Shown here: positions 9,801-19,289 of the stretch, in pieces | Layout: every line of letters starts with the position of its first letter | How positions within the stretch are numbered: position 1 is the first letter of the stretch | Source: Lewinellaceae bacterium | GTDB lineage: Bacteria > Bacteroidota > Bacteroidia > Chitinophagales > Saprospiraceae | Reading direction: 5' to 3' | Length of the DNA stretch: 64,000 nt | Assembly (NCBI GenBank): GCA_020636275.1 | Contig: JACJYD010000001.1 | Coordinates: 80,868-144,867, forward strand | The notes under the pieces: model-generated | Databases searched by the model: none | Seen by the model: only the letters and a program-made list of their open reading frames with translations | Told to the model about the DNA's origin: nothing | Made by a program: the position numbers and the translations under genes

Positions 9801-11830
9801 GCTATCATTCCTTTCTTGTCAGCCGTGATGAATCGCTCGCCCAAACTCCTGGAAACATTATACATTTCGCCTGAAAGGCAACCGAAAGAGAACATTACCG
9901 GGTATTTTCCCTGGTTATCGTAGGAGTCAGGATCATCAAAATTGAAATCCAGCAGGGTAGCTGAAGAATGGCCGAAGAAGGTAAGGATAGAAAGGCCCTC
10001 GTTAATCTTTTGAATGATCTCACCCGTTGCGGAGGTAACAACGGGATCATTTGATTCATTATAGAAAGCAGTAACATTCCCGCCAAATCGATTGTTTTCG
10101 ATGGTACTCTCCATCCCTTTTAGGTAGGATTTAATAATGGCTTTTTCTTCTCTTCCTCCGCCGAGGTGTAATACATTTTTCATCCAGGCCTTATCCTGGA
10201 TGGTCTGGCTTCCGGAAAGCGTGTCTTGGGCATCTTCAAATTCTTTTACTTTTTCAAGGTATATTCTGAGTTCATTAGCGCTGATGATTGGGAGGCGCCC
10301 TACTGCCATCACAGGATCAATACTTCCAATTGGGGAAGCGAACAAATTATCGGCGCCCGTATAACCGAAGGTGGGGATAAAGAAAGAAGTGTTTAAATTG
10401 CTGGTCACCGAGCTGGCTGAGCGCATGTTTGGATATTCCCGGCCCTTTCCTATCAAAAGTAGGTATTGGGGGTTTGTCCAGTTTTTTTGAGCATAGAAGA
10501 CCAGGTTCCGGATAGACATTGGATGACGGTTGATACCGTATGAAAACTGGTCGTACAGTTGTTGAATTTCAAACGTATCCACCGAGAAAGAATTGGCCCG
10601 GTAGTTTGCATATGCCCCCACCTGGTTGACACCATTCCCATCGACAGCAAGCGCTTTGTTGAAAACGATCAGAAATTCGGCATCAGACTGGCTGTAATCA
10701 ATAAAGGACACCGGTTGGAACGGACCGGTTTCTTTCACAGCCTTGTTTTGGAACACAACCAGCTTTCGTTCCTGTGAAGACGGTGGCAATGTCACTTTGA
10801 CCAAGCCGTTATCCCAAGTTGTCTGGATACGCAGGCTGTTAGTCAGATCGTACAAAACGGGAGATTCTCCTCCAATTGAAAAGCTTTCAATTTCGATATA
10901 TTTCACCGTGTAGCTGCTGTCCAGCGAAAAAACGAAGATGGAATCGCCGGATGCGTTAAACATTCGGGGGTATTCCATTTCGATATTGGACAGGCAGGTG
11001 TTGTTTCCGCCGGAAATAGAAATGGTAATGGGGTTGGATAGAATTTCAGCGGGTATTTTGAATGAATTTTTCGTTCCTTCAAAGAAATTGAACTGGTCGC
11101 TGGCCCCGGGATAGAGGCTACCATTCACTTTTATTGTTTTGTTTACCGGTGTTGTGTTATTGGGAATCAGATGGGCATATTGGACTGATAGAAGAACAGA
11201 ATCTGAAAAACCTGTTAAAACAGCGCTGGGAAAAATTGAGAAATTGGAAGGATTTTTTTTACACCAGCCCTCCGCATTTTGGAATAGGGAACGTTCCACT
11301 TGATGCTGGTTATCAATTCCCGGAATAATATTTTTAATGAGATCTGAAGGTGAATATGACACGAGTTTACTCCAATAAAACTCCTCTTTAGGTGGATGAT
11401 TTACCGTATCATTTCCTACCTCTTCAAAATGGTGGTTTGAAATCGAATCCCTCCAAGTCAAAAAATACGCCGACGAATCCGTAAACAAGCTATAGCGCGG
11501 ATTAAACTGATCAGCCGGATCTGCATACAAAAAACGATCCATCTCGCCGCGGTTCTTCACCCCATAAAACTCGATGGAGTCATTTGTAATGTAAATCGGA
11601 ATTTCCGCTCCGAAATAATACATCCGCAAGTGGCTGGCAGGCACACTGGCCAACTCTTCAGGAATGGGTATCCGGTAGATCCCATCCTTGGCTACCATCA
11701 CTTTGAAATGGGGCTTGCCAAAGTCAATCCATTCATTACCATATTTGACTTCCCCATTTATGTTCATCTGGGCGGAAGCGGTAATCGAAAGACCAAACAG
11801 GGCACATGTAAGTAAAAGCGCTTTTCTCAT
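6809..11830 (-). CDS. very large secreted C25 (gingipain-like) cysteine peptidase family protein with T9SS C-terminal sorting domain
   Basis: 1673 aa with signal peptide MRKALLLTCALFGLSITASAQ. A His/Cys dyad context (FFGHSSA ... FSFGCLSGE) resembles peptidase C25. The C-terminus (NYPNPFSTSTRFLYTL...GVYLYRIVA...KMVIIR) matches a Por secretion tail. Confidence 0.7.
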   Translation of the reverse strand: MRKALLLTCALFGLSITASAQMNINGEVKYGNEWIDFGKPHFKVMVAKDGIYRIPIPEELASVPASHLRMYYFGAEIPIYITNDSIEFYGVKNRGEMDRFLYADPADQFNPRYSLFTDSSAYFLTWRDSISNHHFEEVGNDTVNHPPKEEFYWSKLVSYSPSDLIKNIIPGIDNQHQVERSLFQNAEGWCKKNPSNFSIFPSAVLTGFSDSVLLSVQYAHLIPNNTTPVNKTIKVNGSLYPGASDQFNFFEGTKNSFKIPAEILSNPITISISGGNNTCLSNIEMEYPRMFNASGDSIFVFSLDSSYTVKYIEIESFSIGGESPVLYDLTNSLRIQTTWDNGLVKVTLPPSSQERKLVVFQNKAVKETGPFQPVSFIDYSQSDAEFLIVFNKALAVDGNGVNQVGAYANYRANSFSVDTFEIQQLYDQFSYGINRHPMSIRNLVFYAQKNWTNPQYLLLIGKGREYPNMRSASSVTSNLNTSFFIPTFGYTGADNLFASPIGSIDPVMAVGRLPIISANELRIYLEKVKEFEDAQDTLSGSQTIQDKAWMKNVLHLGGGREEKAIIKSYLKGMESTIENNRFGGNVTAFYNESNDPVVTSATGEIIQKINEGLSILTFFGHSSATLLDFNFDDPDSYDNQGKYPVMFSFGCLSGEMYNVSRSLGERFITADKKGMIALISSPGYGFTSSLNILGSNYYQKLGGELYGASIGNILKETLKILGESNFNGDLMLGEQTSIQGDPSLVINPRPGPDYLPDPASVKIDPPLLTTTLDSFQLKFDIWNIGQNLPDTTLVVRIEQILPNNSEFTLLVDTIPAPSYSSPLAYTLPIPDDDDLVGVNLYRITVDAENDIEEKPFGAEDNNILSHPVYISAADAQPLYPANFGIVNTMPVTFSASTGSPFFPQLTYWMEIDTTERFDSPFKLSTSISQSGGIVKWTPEIAYQPNTVYYWRISPDSSLTGSYRWRASSFVYLPNSSPGWNQSHFYQIRNYDNFVDMKLDSTSRLLRFIDDVVDFKIRNNARNLDLKNPRYIRNQENFYPVPAHQEYWGQIPAGLFFAVLDPVNIKPIQISSINGIDWTPPYDSNNPYSFKRSFLFLTSDSIQRSQVIKFLDEKVPDGYYVLMFTCQNGVNANYKPQEWDNDTINGGISLFDVLEAQGAAQIHGLATLGAKPYNLFFQKNSPGSTWEKIGNFLTQTELNVSFPGSWTEGSLTSSPIGPATKWESLEWKFSGFNPDQDDIKLSIWGIRPTGPDSLLYDNVLKGDYVFSLDKIDASRFPKIKLEYYAKDPIQKTPPNLEYWRVHYVGVPEAALDPASHFSLQSDTLLQGAPLTLEIATENLSDYDMDSLLVRYTIVNAQNEPTNIEKRLRPLPARDTLITHLTYDTRPSTGVHQLTIDINPDGDQPEQTHINNVGVLQFFVERDLRNPLLDVTFDGMHILDGDLVSATPQIQIQLKDENPYLALEDTSLFRLLLVHPDGAEERLRFTDERIQFYPANIQNGKNNRARVEFNPAFINDGTYSLYVEAKDATGNETGDINHVVSLNTFGYDYKISFKVITESMISNVLNYPNPFSTSTRFLYTLTGSEPPAYFTIQILTVSGRVVREITQNEIGPMHIGTHLTDYAWDGRDQFGDPLANGVYLYRIVAKKANGENFKAYASGADAYFEKGYGKMVIIR

Positions 11831-11858
11831 AGAAAAAGGGTTGTTGGGAAACCGGTCT

Positions 11859-11866
11859 CAAATTTA
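11859..11866 (-). promoter_or_regulatory. candidate Bacteroidota -7 promoter box (TAAATTTG) for the C25 gene
   Basis: The reverse complement of 11859-11866 is TAAATTTG, matching TAnnTTTG. It lies 28 nt upstream of the ATG at 11830. Confidence 0.35.
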
Positions 11867-11906
11867 CGGATTAATAAAACGTCGTGCCCGACTTATTAAA
11901 AATCAA

Positions 11907-11914
11907 TAGCTTTG
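11907..11914 (+). promoter_or_regulatory. candidate Bacteroidota -7 promoter box (TAGCTTTG)
   Basis: Matches TAnnTTTG and lies 21 nt upstream of the ATG at 11935. Confidence 0.35.
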
Positions 11915-11934
11915 CCGGGTAAAACCCATACCGA

Positions 11935-13623
11935 ATGCGTTTTTTTCTTTCTTTGATCTTCCTGTTTTTCTCAGGTTTACAGCTGCTTAACGCTCAGGGA
12001 ACGACCCTCCCGCTCGGCACGGACGCCTACCACATCATCGACCGGCTGGATATTTCATCCGGGGTGCCAGCGCCTTTTTTCACTTCCCTGAAATACTACA
12101 CCCGCGGCGATGTGACCCAGTACGCCCTCACCGTGGATACGGCTTCCCAACGCCTGAGCTGGCGCGATCGGAAAGATCTGGAATACCTATATAAAGACAA
12201 CAACGAATGGCTGCCGGATTCAATGCATTATTTCCGGAATAAACGTCCGATCCTCAAGACCTTTTACAAGACCCCGGCATTCCTCTGGGAGGTGGATAAG
12301 CCGTTTTTCCACTTGCGCGTCAACCCCATTTTGGGACTGACTACAGGCAAAGCCCGGGACGACTCGGCCATTTTACTAACCAACCAACGGGGAATCGAAC
12401 TCCGGGGCGGACTGGACGACCGCATCTACTTTTACACCAATGTACTGGAAAGCCAGGCGCGCTTTCCGGATTATGTAAACCGCCGCATTGCGCGCGATAA
12501 AGCCATTCCCGGGGCAGGCCTGTACAAGCCGTACAACAGCGTCATTTTTGACTTTAAAGACGGATACGATTTCTTGCTGGCTCAAGGTTATGCCGGATTC
12601 AACCTCAGCAAACACTTTGGATTGCAGTTCGGACATGGTCGCCATTTTATCGGCAACGGCTATCGCTCGCTGCTGCTCTCCGATTTTTCGAACAATTACC
12701 TCTACTTGAAGCTCAACTGGCGGGTCTGGAAATTCCATTTGCAAAATATCTTTGCCGAGCTGGCGCAGGATAGCGATCAAAACTCCACCAGTGAGCGGCT
12801 CCTGCCCAAGCGGTATATGGCTGCGCATTATTTTACTTTTTCCCCGCATCCCAATGTGGCTCTCGGCTTTTACGAAGCGGTGATTTTCAATCGCACCGAC
12901 CATTTCGAGTTTCAATACCTCAATCCCGTCATTCTTTACCGCACGGTCGAGCAGTTGCTCGGCAGTCCAGACAACGTTCTTATCGGGCTCGATGCCAAAT
13001 GGAATCTGTTTAAACGTTTTCAACTTTACGGACAATTGATGGTCGACGAGTTTAAATTCGATGAACTTTTTCTGAATAACAAAGGCTGGTGGGCCAATAA
13101 ATTCGGGGTACAACTCGGTGCAAAATACATCGATGTATTCGGCATTGATCACCTCGATGCCCAGGTAGAGGCCAACTGGGTGCGGCCATACACCTACACC
13201 CATTTCGACAGCACGGCGATCTACGCCAACTACCAGCAACCCCTGGCCCATCCGCTGGGGGCCAACTTCCGGGAAGGGATTGCCCGGTTGCGCTTTCAGC
13301 CCGTTCCGCGCCTGCTCATCCAGGCCAGGCTGATGCGTGCCTTTACCGGACTGGATCCGAACGGAGAAAACTGGGGAGGCAATATCCTCCTTCCCAATGA
13401 AACCCGTCAAAACGATTATGGAAACGAGATCGGCCAGGGGATACCCACCACTATTACCCTGGCCGGATTGGAATTGCGCTATGCCTTTTACCACAACATG
13501 TTCCTGGAACTGGAATTTTTCCACCGTAGACAGGAAAATGACGTGCCTTCCCTAACTTATACGACCAATTATGTTGGCGGTGGTGTCCGGATCAATTTGG
13601 CGAAGAGTTATTTGGATTTTTGA
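11935..13623 (+). CDS. outer-membrane beta-barrel protein, possibly capsule-assembly Wzi/RemB-like
   Basis: 562 aa with signal peptide ending LNAQ. It is rich in aromatic and Gly beta-strand patterns and ends in an aromatic residue (...SYLDF). The family assignment is from general resemblance only. Confidence 0.4.
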   Translation: MRFFLSLIFLFFSGLQLLNAQGTTLPLGTDAYHIIDRLDISSGVPAPFFTSLKYYTRGDVTQYALTVDTASQRLSWRDRKDLEYLYKDNNEWLPDSMHYFRNKRPILKTFYKTPAFLWEVDKPFFHLRVNPILGLTTGKARDDSAILLTNQRGIELRGGLDDRIYFYTNVLESQARFPDYVNRRIARDKAIPGAGLYKPYNSVIFDFKDGYDFLLAQGYAGFNLSKHFGLQFGHGRHFIGNGYRSLLLSDFSNNYLYLKLNWRVWKFHLQNIFAELAQDSDQNSTSERLLPKRYMAAHYFTFSPHPNVALGFYEAVIFNRTDHFEFQYLNPVILYRTVEQLLGSPDNVLIGLDAKWNLFKRFQLYGQLMVDEFKFDELFLNNKGWWANKFGVQLGAKYIDVFGIDHLDAQVEANWVRPYTYTHFDSTAIYANYQQPLAHPLGANFREGIARLRFQPVPRLLIQARLMRAFTGLDPNGENWGGNILLPNETRQNDYGNEIGQGIPTTITLAGLELRYAFYHNMFLELEFFHRRQENDVPSLTYTTNYVGGGVRINLAKSYLDF

Positions 13624-13628
13624 GTGAA

Positions 13629-13680
13629 AAGAGTAAACGGCGTTTACTTAGTACTGAATTTTGAAACGCCGTTTACTCTT
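13629..13680 (+). terminator. 17-bp perfect hairpin downstream of the OMP gene (possible terminator)
   Basis: AAGAGTAAACGGCGTTT (13629-13645) pairs perfectly with AAACGCCGTTTACTCTT (13664-13680) around an 18-nt loop. There is no clean T-run after it. Confidence 0.4.
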
Positions 13681-13719
13681 TAGTAAACGGCGTTTCTGCT
13701 CAAAGTAAACGCCGTTTAT
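13633..13719. repeat. four copies of the 15-bp palindrome GTAAACG-N-CGTTTAC upstream of metH
   Basis: Sites at 13633-13647 (perfect), 13662-13676, 13683-13697 and 13705-13719. The core AAACG-N-CGTTT is exact in all four. Centre-to-centre spacings are 29, 21 and 22 nt. Confidence 0.85.
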
Positions 13720-13786
13720 CATTCGAGTTTAACTTTATAAGACATTTAGTGGTTTTTACATACAAATTGCGAAACAGCAAATTCTA

Positions 13787-16700
13787 ATGAATTCCCTATA
13801 CGATATAGTTAAGGACCGCATCCTGGTCATCGACGGCGCCATGGGCACCATGATCCAGCAGTATAAGCTGAATGAAGCCGATTACCGGGGCGAACGTTTT
13901 GCCGGTTTTCACAGGGATATCAAAGGCAACAACGATATCCTCAACCTGACTCAGCCCCATATCATTGAGGAGATCCACCGGGCATACCTGGATGCAGGGG
14001 CCGATATTCTGGAGACCAATACCTTTAACGGGACCTCCATCTCTCAGACCGATTATGATATGTCGGACCTGGCCTACGAGATCAATCGTGCAGCGGCAGA
14101 GATCGCGCGTCGCGCAGCCGACGAATATACCTTTCGCGATCCGGAAAAAACCCGCTTTGTGGCGGGTGCCATGGGACCGACTAACCGCACGGCCTCTATT
14201 TCTCCCGATGTCAATAATCCTGGCTTCCGGGCAGTTACCTTCGACCAGCTTCGCGATGCCTACTACGACCAGGCCAGAGGCCTGCTGGATGGAGGAGCGG
14301 ATATCTTATTGGTAGAAACCATTTTCGACACGCTCAATGCCAAAGCCGCACTGTTTGCCATCGAAACGCTTTTTGAGGAGCGGGGCATCCGAGTACCCGT
14401 AATGGTTTCGGGTACCATCACGGATGCGAGTGGGCGTACACTTTCGGGACAAACGCCGGAAGCTTTCTGGATTTCGATCAGTCATGTGGAGTTGTTCAGT
14501 GTAGGATTGAACTGCGCCCTGGGCGCCAAGGAGATGCGTCCGCACCTGGCTGCGCTCTCGAATGTGGCTAACTGTGCGGTGAGTGCCTATCCAAACGCCG
14601 GGTTGCCGAACGAATTTGGCGGCTATGACCAGACGGCAGAGGAGATGCGCGAATACATCCGCGATTTTGTATCCGGCGGTCTTGTCAACATCATCGGGGG
14701 GTGTTGCGGCACCACACCCAGGCATATTCAGGCTATGGCAGAGGCTGTCAAAGGGATGAAACCCCGGCCGATAACCCCAAAATCTTCCTTTACGGCATTT
14801 AGCGGCCTGGAACCCCTGATTATTCGGCCCGATTCCAATTTCGTCAACATCGGAGAGCGCACCAACGTGACGGGCTCGCGGCAATTTGCCCGCCTTATCA
14901 AGGAAGGTGCGTATGAAGAGGCCCTTGGTGTGGCTCGTCAGCAGGTGGAAGGAGGGGCGCAATTGCTCGATGTCAATATGGATGAAGGTCTGCTCGATTC
15001 GGAAGAGGTAATGGCAAAGTTCCTCCACTTGATAATGTCGGAGCCGGATATCGCCAAGTTGCCCATTATGATCGATTCGTCCAAATTTGAGGTCATCGAG
15101 GCCGGGTTGAAATGCGTACAAGGCAAATGTGTCGTCAACTCGATTTCCCTGAAAGAGGGAGAAGCCCAATTCATCCGCCAAGCCAAACTCGTGAAGCGCT
15201 ATGGAGCAGCCGTCGTGGTCATGGCATTCGACGAAGCCGGCCAGGCCGATACTGTAGAACGGAAAGTGAACATCTGCATGCGCGCTTACCGGATACTGAC
15301 CGAACAGGTGGGCTTCAAGCCCCAGGACATCATTTTCGACCCCAATATCTTCGCTGTAGCCACCGGTATCGAAGGACACAACGAATACGCCATTCACTAT
15401 ATCGAAGCCACCCGGCAGATCAAGGCACGATGCCCGGGATCGAAAATCAGTGGTGGGGTGAGCAACATTTCTTTTTCTTTCCGGGGAAATGACCGCGTAC
15501 GGGAAGCCATGCATTCGGCCTTTTTATACCATGCCATTCAGGCCGGTATGGATATGGGCATCGTCAATGCAGGTATGATCGATGTCTACGAAGAAGTCCC
15601 CGCTGAACTCCTTCAACTCGTCGAAGATGTGCTCTTCAACCGGAAACTCGATGCCACGGATGCGCTAACCCAATACGCCGAGCAGATCAAAGGCGGTGGC
15701 CGCGTGGTGCAAAAAGACCTGGAATGGCGCAACAGTTCCTTGGAGGAGCGGATCAGCCATGCGCTGGTAAAAGGGAATACCGATTTTATAGAAGTGGATA
15801 CCGAAGAAGCCCATCAAAAATACCCCACGCCGCTTTCCGTGATCGAGGGGCCGTTGATGGATGGGATGAATAAAGTAGGCGATCTGTTTGGAGCGGGAAA
15901 AATGTTCCTTCCGCAGGTCGTGAAAAGCGCCCGGGTCATGAAAAAAGCGGTGGCCTACCTCACGCCATTTATCGAAAAACAGCAGGCTGAAACGGGTGGT
16001 CGCGCAAAAGGAAAAATCCTCCTGGCCACTGTTAAAGGCGATGTGCACGACATCGGTAAAAATATTGTAGGCGTCGTTTTGGGCTGCAACAACTTCGAGA
16101 TCATTGATTTGGGCGTTATGGTGCCCGCCGAGCGGATACTGCAGGAAGCCCGCGCCCGGCAGGTCGACGTCATCGGCCTCAGCGGGCTGATCACGCCTTC
16201 CCTGGACGAGATGGTGCACGTAGCCCGCGAAATGGAGCGCGAAGGATTTCAGATCCCGCTTTTGATTGGGGGCGCCACTACTTCCAAAACACATACTGCC
16301 GTCAAGATCGAGCAGGAATATTCCGGGCTTGCGATTCACGTATTGGATGCTTCCCGCAGCGTGGCCATTGCGTCCACTTTGTTGGGGGAGGACGAAGCTG
16401 CGCGAAAAAACCTTATCCGGTCAACCCGGGAAGAATATCAACGCATCCGCGAGCAGCGGCAATCGAGAAAGAGCAGCAAGGAGTACTTAAGCCTGGAAGA
16501 GGCCAGGAACAAGCAGTTCCAACTGGAATGGTCCGAATATGTGCCGCCCCGCCCCCGATTCCTGGGCGTCCAGGCCTTTGAGTCCTATTCGCTGGAAGAG
16601 CTGGCCGGCTATATCGACTGGACCCCGTTCTTTTCCAGTTGGCAGCTCAAAGGGAAGTATCCCGAGATTTTTGAGGATCCGGTTATTGGCGAGGAGGCCC

Positions 16701-17464
16701 GGAAATTGTACGCCGATGCGCAAAGTATGCTTCGCCGTATTATCGATGAAGCCTGGCTGCAGGCCAAGGGCGTGATCGGCTTTTTCCCGGCGAACAGTAT
16801 CGGAGACGATATTGAATTGTATACCGACGATTCGAGAAAGGGCGTAAAGGCGATCTTGCACCACCTGCGGCAGCAGGGCAAAAAGGCAGAAGGATTGCCC
16901 AACTTTTGCCTGTCGGATTTCGTGGCGCCGCGGCATAGCAAGAAGGCAGATTACGTAGGTGGATTTGCCGTAACGGCCGGTATCGGTATCGAAAAATGGG
17001 TGGCGCATTTTGAATCACAACACGACGATTACAGTGCTATTTTGTTAAAAGCCCTCGCCGACCGGCTGGCCGAAGCTTTTGCCGAGCGCATGCATGAGCG
17101 TGTGCGACGGGAATTTTGGGCCTACGCCCCCGACGAAGCGCTCCCCAATGTGGAATTGATCGCTGAAGAATACCGGGGTATTCGTCCGGCCCCCGGCTAC
17201 CCTGCTTGTCCGGATCACACTGAGAAGGAAACCCTTTTCCAACTCCTGGAGGCGCCTGAACATACCGGCATATTCCTGACGGAGAGCTATGCCATGTACC
17301 CTGCGGCCTCGGTAAGCGGGTGGTATTTTTCCCACCCGGAATCCAAATACTTCGGACTTGGACAGATCGCAAAGGATCAGGTGATCGATTACGCCCACCG
17401 GAAAGGCCTGTCGATCGGAGAAATGGAGCGGTGGTTAGCGCCTAGTTTGAATTATGACGTTTAG
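13787..17464 (+). CDS. metH: cobalamin-dependent methionine synthase
   Basis: 1225 aa with recognisable homocysteine-binding, pterin-binding and B12-binding modules ([14 protein letters not shown] ... GLSGLITPS) and a C-terminal AdoMet activation module. Confidence 0.95.
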   Translation: MNSLYDIVKDRILVIDGAMGTMIQQYKLNEADYRGERFAGFHRDIKGNNDILNLTQPHIIEEIHRAYLDAGADILETNTFNGTSISQTDYDMSDLAYEINRAAAEIARRAADEYTFRDPEKTRFVAGAMGPTNRTASISPDVNNPGFRAVTFDQLRDAYYDQARGLLDGGADILLVETIFDTLNAKAALFAIETLFEERGIRVPVMVSGTITDASGRTLSGQTPEAFWISISHVELFSVGLNCALGAKEMRPHLAALSNVANCAVSAYPNAGLPNEFGGYDQTAEEMREYIRDFVSGGLVNIIGGCCGTTPRHIQAMAEAVKGMKPRPITPKSSFTAFSGLEPLIIRPDSNFVNIGERTNVTGSRQFARLIKEGAYEEALGVARQQVEGGAQLLDVNMDEGLLDSEEVMAKFLHLIMSEPDIAKLPIMIDSSKFEVIEAGLKCVQGKCVVNSISLKEGEAQFIRQAKLVKRYGAAVVVMAFDEAGQADTVERKVNICMRAYRILTEQVGFKPQDIIFDPNIFAVATGIEGHNEYAIHYIEATRQIKARCPGSKISGGVSNISFSFRGNDRVREAMHSAFLYHAIQAGMDMGIVNAGMIDVYEEVPAELLQLVEDVLFNRKLDATDALTQYAEQIKGGGRVVQKDLEWRNSSLEERISHALVKGNTDFIEVDTEEAHQKYPTPLSVIEGPLMDGMNKVGDLFGAGKMFLPQVVKSARVMKKAVAYLTPFIEKQQAETGGRAKGKILLATVKGDVHDIGKNIVGVVLGCNNFEIIDLGVMVPAERILQEARARQVDVIGLSGLITPSLDEMVHVAREMEREGFQIPLLIGGATTSKTHTAVKIEQEYSGLAIHVLDASRSVAIASTLLGEDEAARKNLIRSTREEYQRIREQRQSRKSSKEYLSLEEARNKQFQLEWSEYVPPRPRFLGVQAFESYSLEELAGYIDWTPFFSSWQLKGKYPEIFEDPVIGEEARKLYADAQSMLRRIIDEAWLQAKGVIGFFPANSIGDDIELYTDDSRKGVKAILHHLRQQGKKAEGLPNFCLSDFVAPRHSKKADYVGGFAVTAGIGIEKWVAHFESQHDDYSAILLKALADRLAEAFAERMHERVRREFWAYAPDEALPNVELIAEEYRGIRPAPGYPACPDHTEKETLFQLLEAPEHTGIFLTESYAMYPAASVSGWYFSHPESKYFGLGQIAKDQVIDYAHRKGLSIGEMERWLAPSLNYDV

Positions 17465-17508
17465 CTGTCCGATTCAATTCAATAATTATGCTGAATTGTA
17501 TATCAAAG

Positions 17509-17529
17509 TTGAGTAATTTTGCTACTCAA
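17509..17529 (+). promoter_or_regulatory. palindrome TTGAGTA-N7-TACTCAA overlapping a TAATTTTG -7 box (candidate promoter/operator)
   Basis: 7-bp inverted arms at 17509-17515 and 17523-17529. TAATTTTG at 17514-17521 lies 17 nt upstream of the ATG at 17538 of a winged-helix regulator gene. Confidence 0.3.
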
Positions 17530-17537
17530 TTTTGATA

Positions 17538-18071
17538 ATGATAGAAGCGCTCATTTCTTCTAAAACGCGGATCAAGCTCTTGCTCAAGTTTTTCCTAAAC
17601 AGCAAGACCACTTCTTATTTGCGCAGTCTGGAAGGTGAGTTCGGGGAATCGACAAACGCTATTCGGCTGGAATTGAACCGGCTGGAAGGAGCCGGCATGT
17701 TGGTTTCTCAATTGAATGGAAACAAGAAGATCTATCAAGCCAACACCAAACATCCCCTATTTCAGGAAATACACCGGCTGCTGTTGAAGCATATCGGTTT
17801 GGATCACATCGTGGAGCACGTCATTGAAAGACTGGGTGACGTGGAGCGCGTCTACCTGGCCGGCAAATTCGCCAAAGGACTGGACAGCTCCATTATCGAT
17901 CTGATCTTTGTCGGAGATATTGAAAAGGAGTACCTCATCCAGTTGATCGACAAAGTGGAAGATGCCATCCAGCGACGGATCCGCTATTTGATCTACAGCG
18001 CGCAGGAACACCAGGACATCGCCTGGCACACCTTTGACCCTGAACCACTTTTACTTTGGGCTAGAGATTAA
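17538..18071 (+). CDS. ArsR-like winged-helix transcriptional regulator with a C-terminal nucleotidyltransferase-like domain
   Basis: The N-terminus SKTRIKLLLKFFLN...SYLRSLEGEFGESTNAIRLELNRLEGAGML fits a wHTH. I prefer the ATG at 17538 over the TTG at 17532. Confidence 0.6.
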   Translation: MIEALISSKTRIKLLLKFFLNSKTTSYLRSLEGEFGESTNAIRLELNRLEGAGMLVSQLNGNKKIYQANTKHPLFQEIHRLLLKHIGLDHIVEHVIERLGDVERVYLAGKFAKGLDSSIIDLIFVGDIEKEYLIQLIDKVEDAIQRRIRYLIYSAQEHQDIAWHTFDPEPLLLWARD

Positions 18072-18079
18072 ATCCCATA

Positions 18080-19276
18080 ATGAAAACAGACATTGCCATT
18101 GTAGGAGCAGGGATTGTTGGGTTGGCTACCGCCCTCCAATTAAGCCGCAAAAAACCGGACCTGAAGATCTGTGTATTGGACAAGGAGCAGGAAGTTGCCG
18201 CCCATCAAACGGGGCACAACAGCGGAGTGATCCATTCCGGTATTTACTACAAACCGGGAGGGTCCAAGGCGGTCAATTGCCGGAAAGGGTACCGCTACCT
18301 GCTCGATTTTTGCGTAGAAAATGAGGTTCCGCACGATATTTGCGGCAAGGTGATCGTCGCTACCCGGCCGGAAGAAATCCCCTTGCTCAAGGGCATTTTT
18401 GAACGCGGCCAAGCCAACGGCCTGGAAGGTATCCGGATGCTGACCGCTGAAGAAGTTGTTGAAAAAGAACCCCACGTGGCCGCGTTGGCCGGAATTTGGG
18501 TACCACAGACCGGTATTGTAGATTTCGGAGTGGTGGCCCGTAAATACGCCGAATTAATTCAAAATCAGGGCGGAACCCTGCTGCTGGGACGAGCGCTTAC
18601 AGGCATGGAGCGCCGGGATGGGAAGATCCTGGTCAAAAGCACCGGCGGGGAGATCGAAACAAAGGTCCTGGTCAATTGCGCGGGGTTATTTGCCGACAAA
18701 GCCGCTCGTATGACCGGTATCGATCCCGGGTGCCTGATCGTTCCGTTCCGCGGGGAATACTATGTGCTTTCAAAAGAGAAAGAAGAACTCGTCAATAACC
18801 TCATCTATCCCGTTCCGAATCCAAATTTCCCATTTCTGGGTGTGCACTACACCCGGATGATGCGAGGCGGAATTGAAGCCGGTCCCAACGCGGTGCTGGC
18901 ATTCCGCAGGGAGGGATACAGCCGGTGGGATATCCGGTGGGGTGAATTGATGGAAACGTTTGCCTATCCCGGTTTCCGGACGGTGGCCGGTAAATACTGG
19001 AAAACGGGCATGGGAGAGATCTATCGTTCATTTTCCAAAGCCGCATTTGTGCGCGCGCTGCAGCATCTCATTCCGGAGGTAACGGGCAAAGACCTGCGGA
19101 GAGGCGGCGCCGGCGTCCGGGCCCAGGCTATCGACCCGAAGGGCAATCTGATCGACGATTTTCTCATTCACGAAAGTCCAAAGGTGATCAATGTGCTCAA
19201 TGCGCCTTCTCCGGCGGCAACGGCATCGTTGGCCATTGGGGAAACCGTCGCTGAAAAAGTGATCCAACAATTATAA
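18080..19276 (+). CDS. lhgO: FAD-dependent L-2-hydroxyglutarate oxidase/dehydrogenase
   Basis: 398 aa with the dinucleotide fold [16 protein letters not shown] followed by [23 protein letters not shown], typical of LhgO/YgaF. Confidence 0.75.
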   Translation: MKTDIAIVGAGIVGLATALQLSRKKPDLKICVLDKEQEVAAHQTGHNSGVIHSGIYYKPGGSKAVNCRKGYRYLLDFCVENEVPHDICGKVIVATRPEEIPLLKGIFERGQANGLEGIRMLTAEEVVEKEPHVAALAGIWVPQTGIVDFGVVARKYAELIQNQGGTLLLGRALTGMERRDGKILVKSTGGEIETKVLVNCAGLFADKAARMTGIDPGCLIVPFRGEYYVLSKEKEELVNNLIYPVPNPNFPFLGVHYTRMMRGGIEAGPNAVLAFRREGYSRWDIRWGELMETFAYPGFRTVAGKYWKTGMGEIYRSFSKAAFVRALQHLIPEVTGKDLRRGGAGVRAQAIDPKGNLIDDFLIHESPKVINVLNAPSPAATASLAIGETVAEKVIQQL

Positions 19277-19289
19277 CCAAAAAACCAAT

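Noticed and set aside
6809-11830. Calling the C25-family giant protein the T9SS sortase PorU
   Set aside because: It is about 500 aa longer than typical PorU. It is not followed by a PorV-like gene on the same strand, and the divergent neighbour is much larger than PorV. I kept the call as a generic C25-like T9SS cargo.
12376-13524. 382-aa ORF antisense to the 562-aa outer-membrane protein gene
   Set aside because: It lies entirely inside a better-supported gene on the other strand (signal peptide, beta-barrel pattern). Its translation is low-complexity and rich in Gly, Val and Gln with no motifs. It is a typical shadow ORF of GC-biased codon usage.
13629-13719. Possibility that the repeated motif upstream of metH is a CRISPR array or a cobalamin/SAM riboswitch
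   Set aside because: There are only four units of 15 bp, each itself palindromic, separated by 7-14 nt, and no cas genes are present. That is far too short for CRISPR. The 160-nt leader is dominated by these palindromes, and I could not find the multi-helix junction or conserved core expected of B12 or SAM riboswitches.
14306-15514. 402-aa ORF antisense to metH, plus other internal ORFs at 15665-16339 and 16487-17008
   Set aside because: metH is unambiguous and continuous over 1225 codons. The antisense ORFs have no recognisable domains.
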